NCBI GenBank assembly: GCA_965227515.1
Contig: CBDDFZ010000001.1
Span: 1,120,001-1,184,000, forward strand
DNA from: Alphaproteobacteria bacterium
GTDB taxonomy: Bacteria > Pseudomonadota > Alphaproteobacteria > CALKHQ01
Reading direction: 5' to 3'
Length of the DNA: 64,000 nucleotides
A model generated the notes under the pieces. The model was not told the origin of the DNA. It was given only the letters and a program-made list of their open reading frames with translations, and did not search any database. Each line of letters opens with the position of its first letter. The stretch's first letter is position 1. The position numbers and the translations under genes were made by a program. This document shows positions 49,329 to 57,990 of this stretch, one piece after another.

Positions 49329-49898
49329 TTGGTCGAGCATGAAGTCACCGGCTGGATGGACCGGGTGTCCATCGCGATCAGCCGGGTCGCGATGTTCCTG
49401 GTGGCGGTGATCGTCGCGATCATCTTCTTCGAAGTCGTGATGCGGTATCTGTTCGAGAAGCCCACCTTGTGGGTGAACGAGATGTCGCTGTGGATCGCGG
49501 GCGGCATCTACCTGCTGGCCGGGCTCTACGTCATGCAGCAGCGCGGCCATATCAGGATCTTCATCCTCTACGACATGGTGCCGCGCAAGGTGCAGCGGCT
49601 GTTCGACCTGATCTCGACATTGCTGATCTGCATCTTCGCCGCCGCCGTCGTGTGGGGCGGCTTCAACGAAGCCTGGGAAAAGCTGATGCGGTGGGAGACG
49701 TTCGGCACCGCGTGGGACCCGCCGATACCGGCCACCATGAAGCCCTTGATGCTGATCACCGTGGTGCTGATCGCGCTGCAGTCGGTCACCAACCTGATCG
49801 CCGACTGGGGGCGCAAGGAGAAGGAGACCCACGCCATCGCCGAGGACGTTCCCGACGACCTGGTTGCCGACCTGACCGGCGCCAAGAAGGCGGACTGA
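49329..49898 (+). CDS. dctQ: TRAP transporter small permease
   Basis: EVVMRYLFEKPTLWVNE, GHIRI; four TM segments. Confidence 0.9.
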   Translation: MVEHEVTGWMDRVSIAISRVAMFLVAVIVAIIFFEVVMRYLFEKPTLWVNEMSLWIAGGIYLLAGLYVMQQRGHIRIFILYDMVPRKVQRLFDLISTLLICIFAAAVVWGGFNEAWEKLMRWETFGTAWDPPIPATMKPLMLITVVLIALQSVTNLIADWGRKEKETHAIAEDVPDDLVADLTGAKKAD

Positions 49899-49940
49899 GT
49901 TCACCATGCACCAGTTCCCCGCGATCTAGGACGACACGAC

Positions 49941-51731
49941 ATGGATATCGGCACGATCTCGGTCGTTCTGCTGCTGGGCATCCTGTTGCTGCTGGCCATC
50001 GGCATGCCGCTGGGCTTTGCCTCGGGCTTTCTGGCGCTGGTGGTGCTGGTGATGAAGTTCGGGCCGGACCTGCTGTTCGGCAATTTCGGCACCGGGCCGC
50101 TGAACATCCTGGCGCAGCGAATATACGGCTTGATGGTCAGCTACCCGATCATATCGGTGCCGCTGTTCATCTTCATGGCGGTGATCCTGGAAAGATCGGG
50201 CATCGCGCGCGACATGTACAACAGCCTGAATTTCTGGCTGTCGCGCACCCGTGGCGGCATCGCCATCGTCACCTCGATCATGGCGATCATCATGGCCGCC
50301 ATGTCCGGCATCATCGGCGGCGAAGTGGTGCTGCTGGGCCTGATCGCGCTGCCGCAGATGCTGCGCCTGGGCTACAACCGCAACCTGGCCATCGGCACCA
50401 TCTGCGCGTCCGGCTCGCTCGGCACCATGATCCCGCCGTCGATCGTGCTGATCATCTACGGCCTGATCACCGAGACCTCGATCAAGGCGCTGTTCACGGC
50501 GTCGTTCCTGCCCGGATTCATGCTGGCCTCGTTCTTCATCGTCTACATCATCGTGCGGTCGAACCTGCGCCCGCACGAGGCGCCGCTGCCGGGCGAGAAG
50601 CCGGAGGACATTTCCCGGTCGGGCACGTTGCTGTGGGCGTTCAAGTTCTTCTCGTTCCCGGCCATTCTGGCGCTGTCGGGCGTGGCCCACTGGGTGTGGG
50701 ACTGGGGCTGGAGCATCATTGGCGTGATGCTGGCCGCGTACGCAGTGCTGATGTTCTACGTGAACAAGTACTTCCCCTCGACGACTGCCCCGCTGAAAGA
50801 GGGCGAGCCGAACGTCCGCCAGAAGGCGCTGATGTTCTCCATCCTGATGATGATGCTGGCCGTCGGAATCTCGATTGCGCTGTTGCTGCGGGCAGGCTTC
50901 ATCCATGCGGTCGGCCGCAACGTGGCGGAAGAGGGCGAGGACATACCCGGCCTGGTCTCCGACTCATCGGTCCTGTGGATTGCGGTCGTCCTGTCAATGG
51001 TGACGGCGGTGCTCGCGCTGCTGGTTTCGCCGGAGAAGCGCCGCCAGACCTGGGCCCACGGCAAGGGCCTGATCGCCCCGCTGCTGGTGGTCGGCGTCGT
51101 GCTGGGCTCGATCTACGGCGGCATCACCGGCATCACCGAGGCGGCGGCCATGGGTGTCGTCGCCGTCATGCTGCTGACCATCATTCGCGGCGAGATGAGC
51201 TTCACGCTGATCCGCGAAGCGCTGATGCGCACCTTCAAGTCGACCGGCACCATCATCTGGGTCACGTTCGGCGCCACGGCGCTGGCGGGTGCCTACACCA
51301 TTGCCGGCGGGCCGACCTATGTCGCCAACCTGATCATCGGCGCCGACCTGCCGACGATGAGCGTCATCCTGGTGATGATGGTGATCTTCCTGATCCTGGG
51401 CGCGTTCATGGACTGGGTCGGCATCGTGCTGCTGGTGATGCCGGTGTTCCTGCCCATCGTCACCCGGCTGCCGGTCGAGGAGATCGGCTATATCGGCACG
51501 CTGTCGGCCTCGTTCGTGCCGGTGTGGTTCGGCGTGGTGTTCTGCATGAACATGCAGGTCAGCTTCCTGAGCCCGCCGTTCGGGCCGGCCGCGTTCTACC
51601 TGAAGTCGGTGGCGCCGCCGGAGATCTCGCTGACCGACATCTTCCGCGGCTTCCTGCCGTTCATCGCAATCCAGATCCTGGCGCTGGCGGTGCTGCTGGT
51701 CTGGCCGGGGATTACCGAGCTGTTCTTCTGA
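49941..51731 (+). CDS. dctM: TRAP transporter large permease with internal insertion
   Basis: SVPLFIFMA, GSLGTMIPPSIVLIIY, SFLSPPFGPAAFYLK. Confidence 0.92.
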   Translation: MDIGTISVVLLLGILLLLAIGMPLGFASGFLALVVLVMKFGPDLLFGNFGTGPLNILAQRIYGLMVSYPIISVPLFIFMAVILERSGIARDMYNSLNFWLSRTRGGIAIVTSIMAIIMAAMSGIIGGEVVLLGLIALPQMLRLGYNRNLAIGTICASGSLGTMIPPSIVLIIYGLITETSIKALFTASFLPGFMLASFFIVYIIVRSNLRPHEAPLPGEKPEDISRSGTLLWAFKFFSFPAILALSGVAHWVWDWGWSIIGVMLAAYAVLMFYVNKYFPSTTAPLKEGEPNVRQKALMFSILMMMLAVGISIALLLRAGFIHAVGRNVAEEGEDIPGLVSDSSVLWIAVVLSMVTAVLALLVSPEKRRQTWAHGKGLIAPLLVVGVVLGSIYGGITGITEAAAMGVVAVMLLTIIRGEMSFTLIREALMRTFKSTGTIIWVTFGATALAGAYTIAGGPTYVANLIIGADLPTMSVILVMMVIFLILGAFMDWVGIVLLVMPVFLPIVTRLPVEEIGYIGTLSASFVPVWFGVVFCMNMQVSFLSPPFGPAAFYLKSVAPPEISLTDIFRGFLPFIAIQILALAVLLVWPGITELFF

Positions 51732-51756
51732 CGCGCTGTGAACGGCTGAACGGGCG

Positions 51757-52677
51757 CTAAAGCACCGCCAGCCCGGTGCGGGCGACCAGGGCCTCCAGCG
51801 CCAGGGTGCCGACCAGGGAGTTGCCGTGCTCGTTCAGCCCCGGCGACCACACCGCGACCGCCATGCCGCGCGGCACCACCGCCAGAATGCCGCCGCCGAC
51901 GCCGCTTTTGCCCGGTAGGCCGACGCGAAAGGCAAACTCGCCGGCGGCGTCGTAATGGCCGCAGGTCAGCATGATGGCGTTGATGCGCCGGGCACGCAGC
52001 GGCGACACGATCTCGGCGCCGGTTGCCGGGTCCTGGCCGCCGTTCGAGAGGTAGAGCCCGGCCCGCGCCAGGTCGCGGCAGCTCATGGCGATGGCGCACT
52101 GGTGGCAATAGACGTCGAGCACGTCGTCGACCGCGTTCTCGATGTTGCCGAACCCCTTCATCACGTTGGCCAGCCCGGCGTTGCGGAACCCGCACGCAAG
52201 CTCCGACTGCGCGACCGTTTCGTCGAACGCGATGTCGGCGTTGCCGGAGACCTGGCGGACCAGGGCGAGCAGGCGCTGCTTGGCCTCGGCCGCGCCGAAT
52301 TCGGATATCGCGATGTCCGTCACCACCAGCGCGCCGGCATTGATGAACGGGTTGCGCGGAATGCCAGCCTCGGCCTCGAGCTGCACGATGGAGTTGAACG
52401 GCGTGCCCGATGGCTCGCGCCCCACCCGCCGCCACACCGCCTCGCCAACCGTGTTCAGGGCCAGCGTCAGCATGAACACCTTGGAGATCGACTGGATCGA
52501 AAACGGCTCGCCGGCGTCGCCCGTGGCATCGCAGGTGCCGTCCCGGTGGGCCAGCGAGATGCCGAACCGGTTCGGGTCGACGGCGGCGAGGGCCGGAATG
52601 TAGTTGGCGACCCGCCCCTTGCCGCGATGGGGTGCGATTTCCTGCGACACTTCTTCGAGTGCGGTGTTCCATTCCAT
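51757..52677 (-). CDS. glsA: Glutaminase
   Basis: [37 protein letters not shown]. Confidence 0.95.
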   Translation of the reverse strand: MEWNTALEEVSQEIAPHRGKGRVANYIPALAAVDPNRFGISLAHRDGTCDATGDAGEPFSIQSISKVFMLTLALNTVGEAVWRRVGREPSGTPFNSIVQLEAEAGIPRNPFINAGALVVTDIAISEFGAAEAKQRLLALVRQVSGNADIAFDETVAQSELACGFRNAGLANVMKGFGNIENAVDDVLDVYCHQCAIAMSCRDLARAGLYLSNGGQDPATGAEIVSPLRARRINAIMLTCGHYDAAGEFAFRVGLPGKSGVGGGILAVVPRGMAVAVWSPGLNEHGNSLVGTLALEALVARTGLAVL

Positions 52678-52785
52678 TCAGCGTGATCCCATTTGCGGTT
52701 GGCCGGCGCCTGCAGTTGCGCTATGCGACCCTTTCCTCGGCCTGCCGACACCTGCCCACGGCATGCCGTTTCAGCGAGACCCAAA

Positions 52786-53535
52786 GTGACCTATTGCCTC
52801 GGACTATATCTCAAGGACGGCCTTGTGCTGGCCTCCGACAGCCGCACCAATGCCGGCGTCGACCACATTGCGCTGGTGCGCAAGATGACCTTTTTCGGTA
52901 CACCCGGCGAGCGCATGCTGGCGCTGCTGTCGGCCGGCAATCTGGCGACCACCCAGGCGGTGGTGACCGTGCTGCAGCAGCGCGACGTATCCGGCGACGG
53001 GCCGTCGCTGGGCAAGGCCGCCACCATGTACGACGCCGCCCAGATCGTTGGCGACACCCTGCGCGAGGTGCTGGCGCGCGACGGCGATAACGTGCGGCCC
53101 TTCGGCGACCCAGGCGCCAGCTTCCTGCTCGGCGGCCAGATCGCGGACCAGTCGCACCAGCTCTATGAGATCTACCAGGCCGGCAACTTCATCGCCGCGT
53201 CGGCGGAGACGCCGTACCTGCAGATCGGTGAGACCAAGTACGGAAAGCCTATTCTGGACCGCGTCATCAGGCACGACAACGACCTGCCCAGCGGGTGCAA
53301 GTGCGCGCTTCTGTCCATGGATGCCACCTTCCGCAGCAACCTGGCGGTCGCGCCGCCGATCGACCTGCTGAGCTACACGGCCGGGTCGCTGGTGCCGGAG
53401 GAGCATCGCCGGCTGGAGGAGGACGAGCCCTATCTGGTGGAGTTGCGGCGCCAGTACAGTCGCAAGCTGATGCGGGTGGTGAATGGGCTGCCGACCCCGC
53501 CCTGGCTGAACGGCAAACCGGGAACGAAAGCATGA
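52786..53535 (+). CDS. Proteasome-type Ntn protease (Anbu-like)
   Basis: (M)TYC start exposing Thr1, GLVLASDSRTNAGVD, AGNLATTQ, QIGETKYGKPILDR. Confidence 0.9.
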   Translation: MTYCLGLYLKDGLVLASDSRTNAGVDHIALVRKMTFFGTPGERMLALLSAGNLATTQAVVTVLQQRDVSGDGPSLGKAATMYDAAQIVGDTLREVLARDGDNVRPFGDPGASFLLGGQIADQSHQLYEIYQAGNFIAASAETPYLQIGETKYGKPILDRVIRHDNDLPSGCKCALLSMDATFRSNLAVAPPIDLLSYTAGSLVPEEHRRLEEDEPYLVELRRQYSRKLMRVVNGLPTPPWLNGKPGTKA

Positions 53536-54644
53536 GCATGGACGCCGCCACCTCGGCCGCCACGCCGGCTGCGACCGTCACCGCGCTGAACGCACGCGCG
53601 GTGATGGTGCCGATGGCCCGCCCGCTGGTCACCAGCGGCGGCGCGGTGGAGATCGCGCCCCTGGTCCTGGTCGATATCGAGGCGGACGACGGAACCGTCG
53701 GCCACGCCTACGTGCTGACCTACACGCCGCGTGCGCTGGCCGCGACACTGGCGGTGTGTCGCGATCTCGCCGATCTGGTCGTTGGCCAGCCACTGGCGCC
53801 ATTGGCCCTCGACGCCCGGCTCCGGCAGACCTGCAAGCTGGTCGGGACCACGGGCGTGATCGGCATGGCGCTCGCCGGGCTGGACATGGCGGCGTGGGAC
53901 GCGGCGGCGAAATCGGCCGGCCTGCCGCTGGTGCGGCTGCTCGGTGCCACGCCGCGCCCGATCCCGGCCTACAACAGCAACGGGCTGGGCATGATCGGCG
54001 CCACGGCAGCTGTTGACGAGGCCAAGGCGCTCGCCGAGGGGTTTGGCGCCATCAAGGTCCGGCTCGGCTATCCGACCGTCGCTGAGGACCTTGCCGTGGT
54101 CGAAGCCGTTCGTGCGGCGGTCGGTCACGAGATCACGGTGATGTCGGACTACAACCAGTCGCTGACGGTGGCCGAGGCACGCGTGCGGGTGCGGGCGCTG
54201 GCGGATGCCGGCCTCGCCTGGATCGAGGAGCCGACCCGCGCCGACGACTACGCCGGCTACGCCGAGATCAGGAACGTGTCGCCGACACCGATCCAGCTCG
54301 GCGAGAACTACTGGGGCCCGAACGACATGGCGGCGGCCATCGCCGCCGGTGCCGGCGACTATATGATGCCGGACGCGATGCGGATCGGCGGCGTCACCGG
54401 ATGGATGCGCGCCGCCGCCCTGGCCCAGCCGGGCGGCATCCCGCTGTCGAGCCACCTGTTTCCGGAAGTCAGCGTGCACCTGCTGGCCGCCACGCCGACC
54501 AGCCATTGGCTGGAGTATGTCGACTGGGCGGGCCCGATTCTCGCCCAGCCCATGACGCTGACCGACGGCCACGCGCTACCGGGCGTGGCGCCTGGGACGG
54601 GCATCGCCTGGAACGAGGAGGCGGTGGCGCGCTACCTGGTTTGA
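53532..54644 (+). CDS. Mandelate racemase (enolase superfamily)
   Basis: DMAAWDA, KVRLG, DYNQ, WIEEP, IQLGEN, MPDAMRIGGVTGW, SSHLFPE, HWLEY. Confidence 0.88.
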   Translation: MSMDAATSAATPAATVTALNARAVMVPMARPLVTSGGAVEIAPLVLVDIEADDGTVGHAYVLTYTPRALAATLAVCRDLADLVVGQPLAPLALDARLRQTCKLVGTTGVIGMALAGLDMAAWDAAAKSAGLPLVRLLGATPRPIPAYNSNGLGMIGATAAVDEAKALAEGFGAIKVRLGYPTVAEDLAVVEAVRAAVGHEITVMSDYNQSLTVAEARVRVRALADAGLAWIEEPTRADDYAGYAEIRNVSPTPIQLGENYWGPNDMAAAIAAGAGDYMMPDAMRIGGVTGWMRAAALAQPGGIPLSSHLFPEVSVHLLAATPTSHWLEYVDWAGPILAQPMTLTDGHALPGVAPGTGIAWNEEAVARYLV

Positions 54645-54651
54645 TCTTGCG

Positions 54652-55182
54652 TTATTGCCGGCAGTAGGGCGTGTCGTAGGCGTCGGTCAGGGGCTCGAAG
54701 TCCGCCGGGCAGCCATAGCAGATGTTGCCGACGACGATGGTCGGCTGTTCGGGCGTGGAGGCCGGGCAGCCCTCGGCGAAGTACTTGCCGTAGAACCGTG
54801 CGCGCACCGGCTCGATATCCGCCGGGCTGCCGATTTCCGATGTCTGCGCATCGGGGGCGCACGCACCGTCGACCGTCACCGCCCGGTCGGTGCGGACATA
54901 GCCCGGCGGGCACGCCCAGCACGATCCGCCCAGGTCGTCGGCATAGAAACCCGGGCCGTAGTTGAACTCCCGGAACTCCTCGCAGACCGAGGGGCCGAGC
55001 CGCTCCGCTGCGGCGACCAGGGGTGCCACTGCGTCCGCATCGATGGGGTCGGTCGGCAACGGGTAGGAAATTGCCTGGTCGCGACAACCGGCCAGCACCG
55101 CCAGCACACAGAGCCCCGCCGCCGCGAGCGTGCGGTTGAGTTTCAAGCGGGGGAAGCGCGGCGTGGGGGACAAGACCGTCAT
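54652..55182 (-). CDS. Cysteine-rich lipoprotein
   Basis: Lipobox VLAGC; CWACPPGYVRT..AC and CYGCPADF..YC. Confidence 0.65.
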   Translation of the reverse strand: MTVLSPTPRFPRLKLNRTLAAAGLCVLAVLAGCRDQAISYPLPTDPIDADAVAPLVAAAERLGPSVCEEFREFNYGPGFYADDLGGSCWACPPGYVRTDRAVTVDGACAPDAQTSEIGSPADIEPVRARFYGKYFAEGCPASTPEQPTIVVGNICYGCPADFEPLTDAYDTPYCRQ

Positions 55183-55235
55183 GACGCTCTACCCATACGC
55201 CAAATTTGCGTAGGATTGAATTGGCCATGAGGGGC

Positions 55236-56453
55236 ATGGCCGGAAGCCCCGACACCGTAGATCCGAGAAAACGCGTGACCAAACCGCCCGAACATCATCC
55301 TTCACCGCGCCTTGCCACCGTCGCCGCCCAGGCCGGGCAAGCGCTCGATGCGGCCTCCGGCGGCACGGTCGCGCCGCTGCAGCCGTCGACGACCTATGCG
55401 CGCGATGCCGACTACGCGCTGATCAACCCGGCACATGAGTACGGCCGCGACGACAACCCGACGGTCGCGGAGGCGGAGCGGGTGCTGGCGCTGCTGGAGG
55501 GGGCGTCGTCGGCACGCTTGTTCTCTTCCGGCATGGCGGGGATTTCCGCCCTGTTCCGCAGCCTGCCGCCGGGCGGCCACATCGTGGCGCAGGCGCCGAT
55601 CTACTATGGCGCGGTCGATTTCTTGCGCCGGCATGCCGAGCGCACCGGCACGCCGCTGACCCTGTGGGACCCGGCAGGCGGTACGCCGCTGGCCGACACG
55701 CTGCGGCCGGGCGAGACCGTCGCGGTCTGGCTGGAGGTTCCTTCCAACCCGCTGTTGCATGTGGCCGATATCGCCGCGGCGGCGGAGGCGGCGCACGCGG
55801 CCGGTGCCGTGCTGGCAGTGGACAGCACCGTCGCGACGCCGGTGTTCGCGCGTCCCTTGAGCCTGGGTGCCGACATCGTGTTCCACTCCGCCACCAAGTA
55901 CCTGAACGGCCACTCCGACGTGCTGGGCGGCGTGCTGGTCACCAACGACGACGACAGCGCGCTGTGGCGGGCCGTCCGTGACGAGCGCCATGTGAGCGGT
56001 GCGGTGCTGGGCGCGTTCGACGCCTGGCAACTGGTGCGCGGGCTGCGCACGCTGGCGGTGCGGGTGCGCGCGTCGGCGGAGAATGCGATGGCGGTGGCCG
56101 AGGCCGCAGCGGCGCATCCGGCGGTATCTGCGGTGCACTATCCGGGGCTGCCAAGTCATCCGCACCACGCCATCGCGGCGCGCCAGATGACGGGCGGCTT
56201 CGGTGGGCTGATGTCGATTCAGGTGCGCGGGGGACGGGCTGCCGCGCTGCGCGTGGCCGGCGCCATGCGCGTGTTCGTGCGCGCGACCTCGTTGGGCGGG
56301 GTCGAAAGCCTGGTCGAGCATCGCCACTCCATCGAGCCGCCGTCATCCGGCGTGCCCGAGGATTTGCTGCGGCTGTCGGTGGGTATCGAGGATCGCGACG
56401 ACCTGATCGAGGACCTTGTGCAAGCGCTGAATAGTGTTCGCGATGACGGCTGA
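55236..56453 (+). CDS. Cys/Met-metabolism PLP enzyme (cystathionine gamma-synthase/lyase family)
   Basis: YGRDDNPT, FSSGMA, HSATKYLNGHSD, ATSLGGVESL, LRLSVGIED. Confidence 0.92.
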   Translation: MAGSPDTVDPRKRVTKPPEHHPSPRLATVAAQAGQALDAASGGTVAPLQPSTTYARDADYALINPAHEYGRDDNPTVAEAERVLALLEGASSARLFSSGMAGISALFRSLPPGGHIVAQAPIYYGAVDFLRRHAERTGTPLTLWDPAGGTPLADTLRPGETVAVWLEVPSNPLLHVADIAAAAEAAHAAGAVLAVDSTVATPVFARPLSLGADIVFHSATKYLNGHSDVLGGVLVTNDDDSALWRAVRDERHVSGAVLGAFDAWQLVRGLRTLAVRVRASAENAMAVAEAAAAHPAVSAVHYPGLPSHPHHAIAARQMTGGFGGLMSIQVRGGRAAALRVAGAMRVFVRATSLGGVESLVEHRHSIEPPSSGVPEDLLRLSVGIEDRDDLIEDLVQALNSVRDDG

Positions 56454-56655
56454 GCGTTCCGGTTCCGACAAGGCGGCTGCCCGGCGCGCGCGCCAGGCCG
56501 ACGCCCTGCGCGCCAATTTGCGCCGGCGCAAGCAGCAGGCGAAATCCATGGCGCAAAAAGGCGGCGGATCGGGCGGCGGCGGCGGCACGCCCACGGCGCA
56601 GCACGAGGCGCCGCCGAGGCCTGTCCGCGACGAAGACGACCGATCCGATTGGTGA
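56443..56655 (+). CDS. Small basic hypothetical protein
   Basis: ALRANLRRRKQQAK motif resembles a small alphaproteobacterial protein family; overlaps the upstream stop. Confidence 0.55.
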   Translation: MTAERSGSDKAAARRARQADALRANLRRRKQQAKSMAQKGGGSGGGGGTPTAQHEAPPRPVRDEDDRSDW

Positions 56656-56723
56656 CGTCATTCAGGTGTCCTATATGTGGAGTATGAATGCGCGTCTCGC
56701 GCACGGTCGAGGAGATGCTGAGG

Positions 56724-57272
56724 ATGCTTGAGCTGATAGGTCGGCGAGGTCGTGCCCTGGCGGTGCTGGTGGTTGGGACCGTCCTTGGCCTCGCGACCGC
56801 GGCGCCGTCGTTTGCCCAGGGCGATGTGTCGCCGTTCTTTGGCCGGTGGGCCATAGATGGCGAGACGATGCCGGCGGATGCCGTCGATCTGTTCGGTGCC
56901 GATGTGTCCGAATTCGCCATCACGTTGGAAGACGACGGCGACGGCTTCGAGGCCGACGCCGTGTTGCCGGTGTTCGACGACGGTGCCCACGAAATGGACG
57001 AGGTCGACGCCGAGTTCGAGCCGGCCAGCCGGCCCGGTCTCTACCAGCCCGAGGAGGTCGGCGACCCGCTGGACGACGAGCCGCTGATCTGGGCCGCGGT
57101 CGGCGACGCCAGCCTGGTCATCGGCCGGCTTGGGTTCGATGACGACAGCGGCCTGCATCAGGTGCTGACGGTTACCATGCTGCGCGACGGCGACACCATG
57201 ACCGTGCGCGTGGAGAGCCTGGTCGGCGATGCACCGCCAATCGTGATGACCGCCACCCTGGCACGGAGGTAG
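56724..57272 (+). CDS. Exported acidic hypothetical protein, paralog 1 (start uncertain)
   Basis: Signal peptide ..PSFAQ; similar to the downstream gene. Confidence 0.65.
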   Translation: MLELIGRRGRALAVLVVGTVLGLATAAPSFAQGDVSPFFGRWAIDGETMPADAVDLFGADVSEFAITLEDDGDGFEADAVLPVFDDGAHEMDEVDAEFEPASRPGLYQPEEVGDPLDDEPLIWAAVGDASLVIGRLGFDDDSGLHQVLTVTMLRDGDTMTVRVESLVGDAPPIVMTATLARR

Positions 57273-57274
57273 CG

Positions 57275-57877
57275 ATGCAGGCTTTTCACAAGCTGTTGGG
57301 GGCCGCCGTATGCGGCATCGCGGCGTTCGGTCTCGCAATGGGGGGCGTGGCGGGAGCCGCCGTGGCCGCCGACCCGGGCCCATTCATGGGCGTCTATGTC
57401 GGCCAGGCGCAGGTCACGCTGGGCGGCCCTGACGAGGGCGTGGAAGTGCGCGACCTCGACGTGATCATCCAGCCCATCGACGATGGCTTTCGGATCGATT
57501 CGGTCACGGTCAATCACGAGGGCGACCGCTTGTCGCCAGACGTGCGCCGCCGCAGCGCCAGCATGAGTTTCGTCGAGAGCGATGTCGACGACGTGTTCAT
57601 GCGCGATTTCGAGCTGGACATGTTCTCCAACACCCAGGACCAGAACCCGCTTGCCGGCGACCCGGTGCAGTGGGCGCGGATCGAGGGCGACGCCCTGCTC
57701 GTCTACTCGTTCGTGATCGACGATGACGGCAGCTATGTTCTGTCGACCTATCGCCGGACCCTGACCAACGGCGGCATGAGCCTCTACTTCAGCTACACCG
57801 TGAACGGTGAGATCGTGCGCGAGGTGGAGGGCGACCTGATCAAGGTCGATAACGTGGTCGACGACATCAATCCGTAG
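57275..57877 (+). CDS. Exported acidic hypothetical protein, paralog 2
   Basis: GGAGG RBS, signal peptide, NPLAGDPVQWARIEGDALLVYSFVIDDDG. Confidence 0.72.
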   Translation: MQAFHKLLGAAVCGIAAFGLAMGGVAGAAVAADPGPFMGVYVGQAQVTLGGPDEGVEVRDLDVIIQPIDDGFRIDSVTVNHEGDRLSPDVRRRSASMSFVESDVDDVFMRDFELDMFSNTQDQNPLAGDPVQWARIEGDALLVYSFVIDDDGSYVLSTYRRTLTNGGMSLYFSYTVNGEIVREVEGDLIKVDNVVDDINP

Positions 57878-57883
57878 ATCTGT

Positions 57884-57990
57884 ATCGGCTGGCGCTGAAG
57901 TCTGCGCCAGCCCTCTCCCCCACCCGGCCACCCAGAAAGCATACTGTCGTTGGGCGGCCGGGTGGGCGAGAGGGCCGGTGCCGGCTTAAT
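57884..57990 (+). repeat. Dispersed hairpin element, copy E
   Basis: Arms 57902-57934/57951-57983, loop GAAAGCATACTGTCGT (reverse orientation relative to copy A). Confidence 0.9.

Noticed and set aside
11323-57990. Hairpin repeats as a CRISPR array or tRNA genes
   Set aside because: Copies are dispersed, with no regular spacers, no cas genes and no tRNA cloverleaf or T-loop consensus.
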